Shown in pieces: positions 49,623 through 52,710 of a DNA stretch of 52,710 bases. Made by a program: the position numbers and the translations under genes. The notes beneath the pieces were generated by a model. It was not told where the DNA came from. It was given only the letters and a program-made list of their open reading frames with translations, and made no database searches. Each line of letters starts with the position of its first letter. Within the stretch, counting starts at the first letter, position 1. The stretch covers positions 110,863,305 through 110,916,014 of the forward strand of contig NC_068982.1 of the NCBI RefSeq assembly GCF_001194135.2, in the 5' to 3' direction. This DNA comes from Octopus bimaculoides (lineage: Eukaryota).

Positions 49623-50899
49623 GTTGTTGTTGCTATTATTATTATTATTATTTGTCAAAACTACACATTTTGAGGGAGTGTATAATGAGTTATACCCAAC
49701 ATAGATAGCCGAATGGCACTTATTTTTATCGATCTCGAACAAAGTCTACCTAGACACGTAAAGACAAATTGAGCCAAAGAGAGAGTTTCTATGCAGTTAT
49801 CTTACTTGCTACTAAATACTTACACGCTTCCATCTTATGAAAAGAAGGGATATACCGGAGTAAGAAAGGTTTAGTAAAGATGTAAAGGTGAAATTATAAT
49901 GACTAAAACTAGATCATATGCCTACTGAATAAGAGCTGATCTGGGGCTTGACAATAACAACAACAAGAGAAATTTCTCAGAAACTGGCGAATATTTGTTG
50001 TTTATCTCTATAAAATAATCATATTACATCATAAACAATAGAGCAAAGCTGGATATTATATTATCCCTTCATTATTTAATCCAATTACATTTCATTGATA
50101 ATCGCTGGTCAGTTGTAATAAAGCTAGTTGATTTCAAATATTCGTTAACAAAACATATTTACATTTACTTTTAAGACATGTATAGTAAAAAAATGCGTGC
50201 CTCAGTAAATATTTACAGTTATTAATCAAATCAAAATAAATAATTTAAAAAAAAATCCCATCACATTTTCATTACTGTCATTTGATGTACTTATTAAGAT
50301 TTAGAACAGTAATTTTGATATCAAATTTTCGCTGCCTTACAGATAAGTCTTGTTTTTTTTTCAATGGTTCATAAATCTGTTGATTTACGAATGTCAATCT
50401 ACTTAAGTAATTTTAGAGGATTATTTTACTTAAGTAATTTTAGAGGATTATTTTGACATGTATAATACGACTTGTCTTGAAAATAAAGGACTATAAAAGA
50501 ACGTTGTTGACTGAATTATGTGAAATATTATACTCTTGTTTCATTTGACAGAACCAGAAATTAAAACATGTCGAAATGTTTTCTTTGAAAAATTTTTTTA
50601 GATAAGTTTCATGTTTAATGTATTCATTTAGTTTAGCATTCTTCTGTTAATTTCAGAATTGCATTTCCAAAAGATTTTCAAATGGACCGAGATGAGAAAT
50701 ACACAAAACATATTGTCTATATTACTATGATTGTTATGGCGCGTGTTCGGGTGTTATAGTTTTAACAACCTTAATGAAATTGAAAATATAACCAAAATCT
50801 TTAATATAATGAAAGAAGTTCGAACGTTACATAAATAATTTTAACTATCTGATTTCGCCCTCATAACATGTGTTGGTGGAACACTTTCTGTTTTATTCT

Positions 50900-51800
50900 C
50901 AGTCAACTATAGTGTTGATTCCTGGATTCGGTTTGTCGTCCCACTCTCATCTATCTATACACCAAAGCTCTACTTACTTCTATATCCAACAACACACATT
51001 TTTTATGCAGGTGACCTGGCCTTTAATTTCTCCCTAATTTTTCCCAACGACATATCATCCGTATGCAACCTAGACATCACATGCTAAATCTGCATGGATT
51101 TCATAAACGGAGACCATGATAGTATCATTCACTGGGGCAAGGTCAAACTTGTTCCTTTCAATCAGGAAAAAGAAAGTCAACAAAACTCACCACCACACTG
51201 CACTCCCACTGGATATGAATGGCTCTCAGCTAGAGCACTCACTCACAGCTTTTCTAAATACTGGGCTTCATTACCACCCAGTGTTTCTCCTGATGAATGT
51301 ATATCCTTAGTGTAGCTAGGATCGCATCGAGAAGATATTTTAGATATTTCACCCTGCTTCACTTATAGCAGCTGACACTGTACATGGTTCATGTGGGTCC
51401 CACAATAGAGCACTGCGCCCACATCTGGGACTGCTGTTATGCATACAGGCATCCAAGATAAAGCTGCTCGAATGATTGGCATTCCATTACTAACGGAAAC
51501 ACTCTAGCCTCTGACTTACAAATATGCCGTCTCATCTCTCTGTCTGGTCTGTCGCTACTCTAATGGCGTCTACACTTCTGAGCTAGCTTTTTTCATACCT
51601 GCACCACTCAGACAAATCCAGTCCACCTCTCATCATATCTGGTACTCTAACCTCCGGTTCTGTACTAACCACTATGCTGAGTCCTTTCTCTCGAGAACAT
51701 TCATCTTTTGGAATCGGCTCTCTGCTTATGTCTTTCCTTTCGCGTATTGATCTGAAACAGTCTAAAAGGAACATTAACGGCATTAAGTTCCCTGGTCGTC
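50900..51800 (+). mobile_element. Degraded CR1-group LINE: RT domains 4-7 to ORF end
   Basis: PTLIYLYTKALLTSISNNTH / YAGD (YADD) / IIHWGKVKLVPFNQEK / LTLYMVHVGPTIEHCAHIW / IQDKAARMI / VSSLCLVCRYSNG..SEL / SFLSRTFIFWNRLSAYVFP, in the expected order. Confidence 0.85.
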
Positions 51801-52130
51801 TCAGAAAACCTGCAAATGCAGTGCGCATTGCGGCATCCCCTAGACTTAACAAAACGGTTTAAGAATCTATGAAGGAATATTGAACACATTACTGAAATCT
51901 TTAATATAAAGATATAATATAGTGAGGAACAACGTATCAAAAAAAAAAATAGAAAGAAGAAAATTTATAAATCGCAGAATTTACTAAGGAGCAGCTCGTA
52001 ATTATAAATAAATATCGAGCTTTTTTTTCTTTTTGTCTATTACTGACTTTTCTAATTCGACTGGGATCATGCACAAGATTCTTGCCAAGGGTATAATTGA
52101 TAATATTGATTCTCTAAGGCATCAAAACAA

Positions 52131-52175
<45 letters not shown>

Positions 52176-52185
52176 NNNNNNNNNN

Positions 52186-52200
<15 letters not shown>

Positions 52201-52222
<22 letters not shown>

Positions 52223-52365
52223 CGGGCTTCCACAGTTCTCTTCAGCGAAGTTCGCACATAAGGCATTGGTCAACACGAAGCTATAGTGAAAGACATTTGC
52301 CCAAGGTGCCATGCGGTGGGACTGAACAAGAAGCTAACCAGACTTCTATGCCACATATCCGTGTA
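52201..52365 (-). mobile_element. SINE family D
   Basis: gacatttgcccaaggtgccatgcggtgggactgaac is the reverse complement of the CORE-like gcaccttgggcaa segment; tail runs into (CA)n. Confidence 0.82.
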
Positions 52366-52672
52366 TTTTAACACTAAATATTTTATAGAGAAATATTAAA
52401 TCTGCTAAAACTTAGTCAGAAGTAGGCACACATTCTTAGCACTTCCACCTTTGACCTAAATAATTGCTGGAGGGAATGAGAGAAAGTCTATTTGTAATCA
52501 GTTGGTGCTGATTTTCAGTCAAGTAGACGGGAGCAATGTGAAATATAAGTCCTTCTTAGGGGACCAAACTACTACCTAGTCTAAGAACGGAACTTACAAC
52601 TATAAGGTCAGGTTATCATAATCCAACTACTTGGCCACGCGACTTCACGCATACACATATATAAATGAATGG

Positions 52673-52710
<38 letters not shown>

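Overview
Eukaryotic, AT-rich, microsatellite-saturated intronic or intergenic DNA from a gapped short-read assembly (16 N-runs, about 4.8 kb in total, mostly opening at (TA)n/(CA)n/(GA)n tracts). The SINE families and repeat density look like octopus (Octopus bimaculoides-type); this is an inference from recalled repeat sequences, not a database result. No host protein-coding exon could be identified by homology, and nearly all supplied ORFs are microsatellite or N-gap artefacts. Supported content: many tRNA-derived SINE copies from several families; a 3-kb nested mosaic of R4/Dong-type (REL-endonuclease) LINE fragments inserted in trinucleotide microsatellites (15161-18092); fragments of L1/Tx1, RTE, CR1-group and Penelope-like retroelements; a D,D34D mariner remnant; and a Tc1/maT-like HTH remnant. 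There are two assembly artefacts (an Illumina adapter and a gap-spanning duplication). The most interesting unexplained signal is a 32-bp hairpin at 47028-47127 whose seven non-Watson-Crick pairs are all G-U on the + strand, with pri-miRNA-like geometry.
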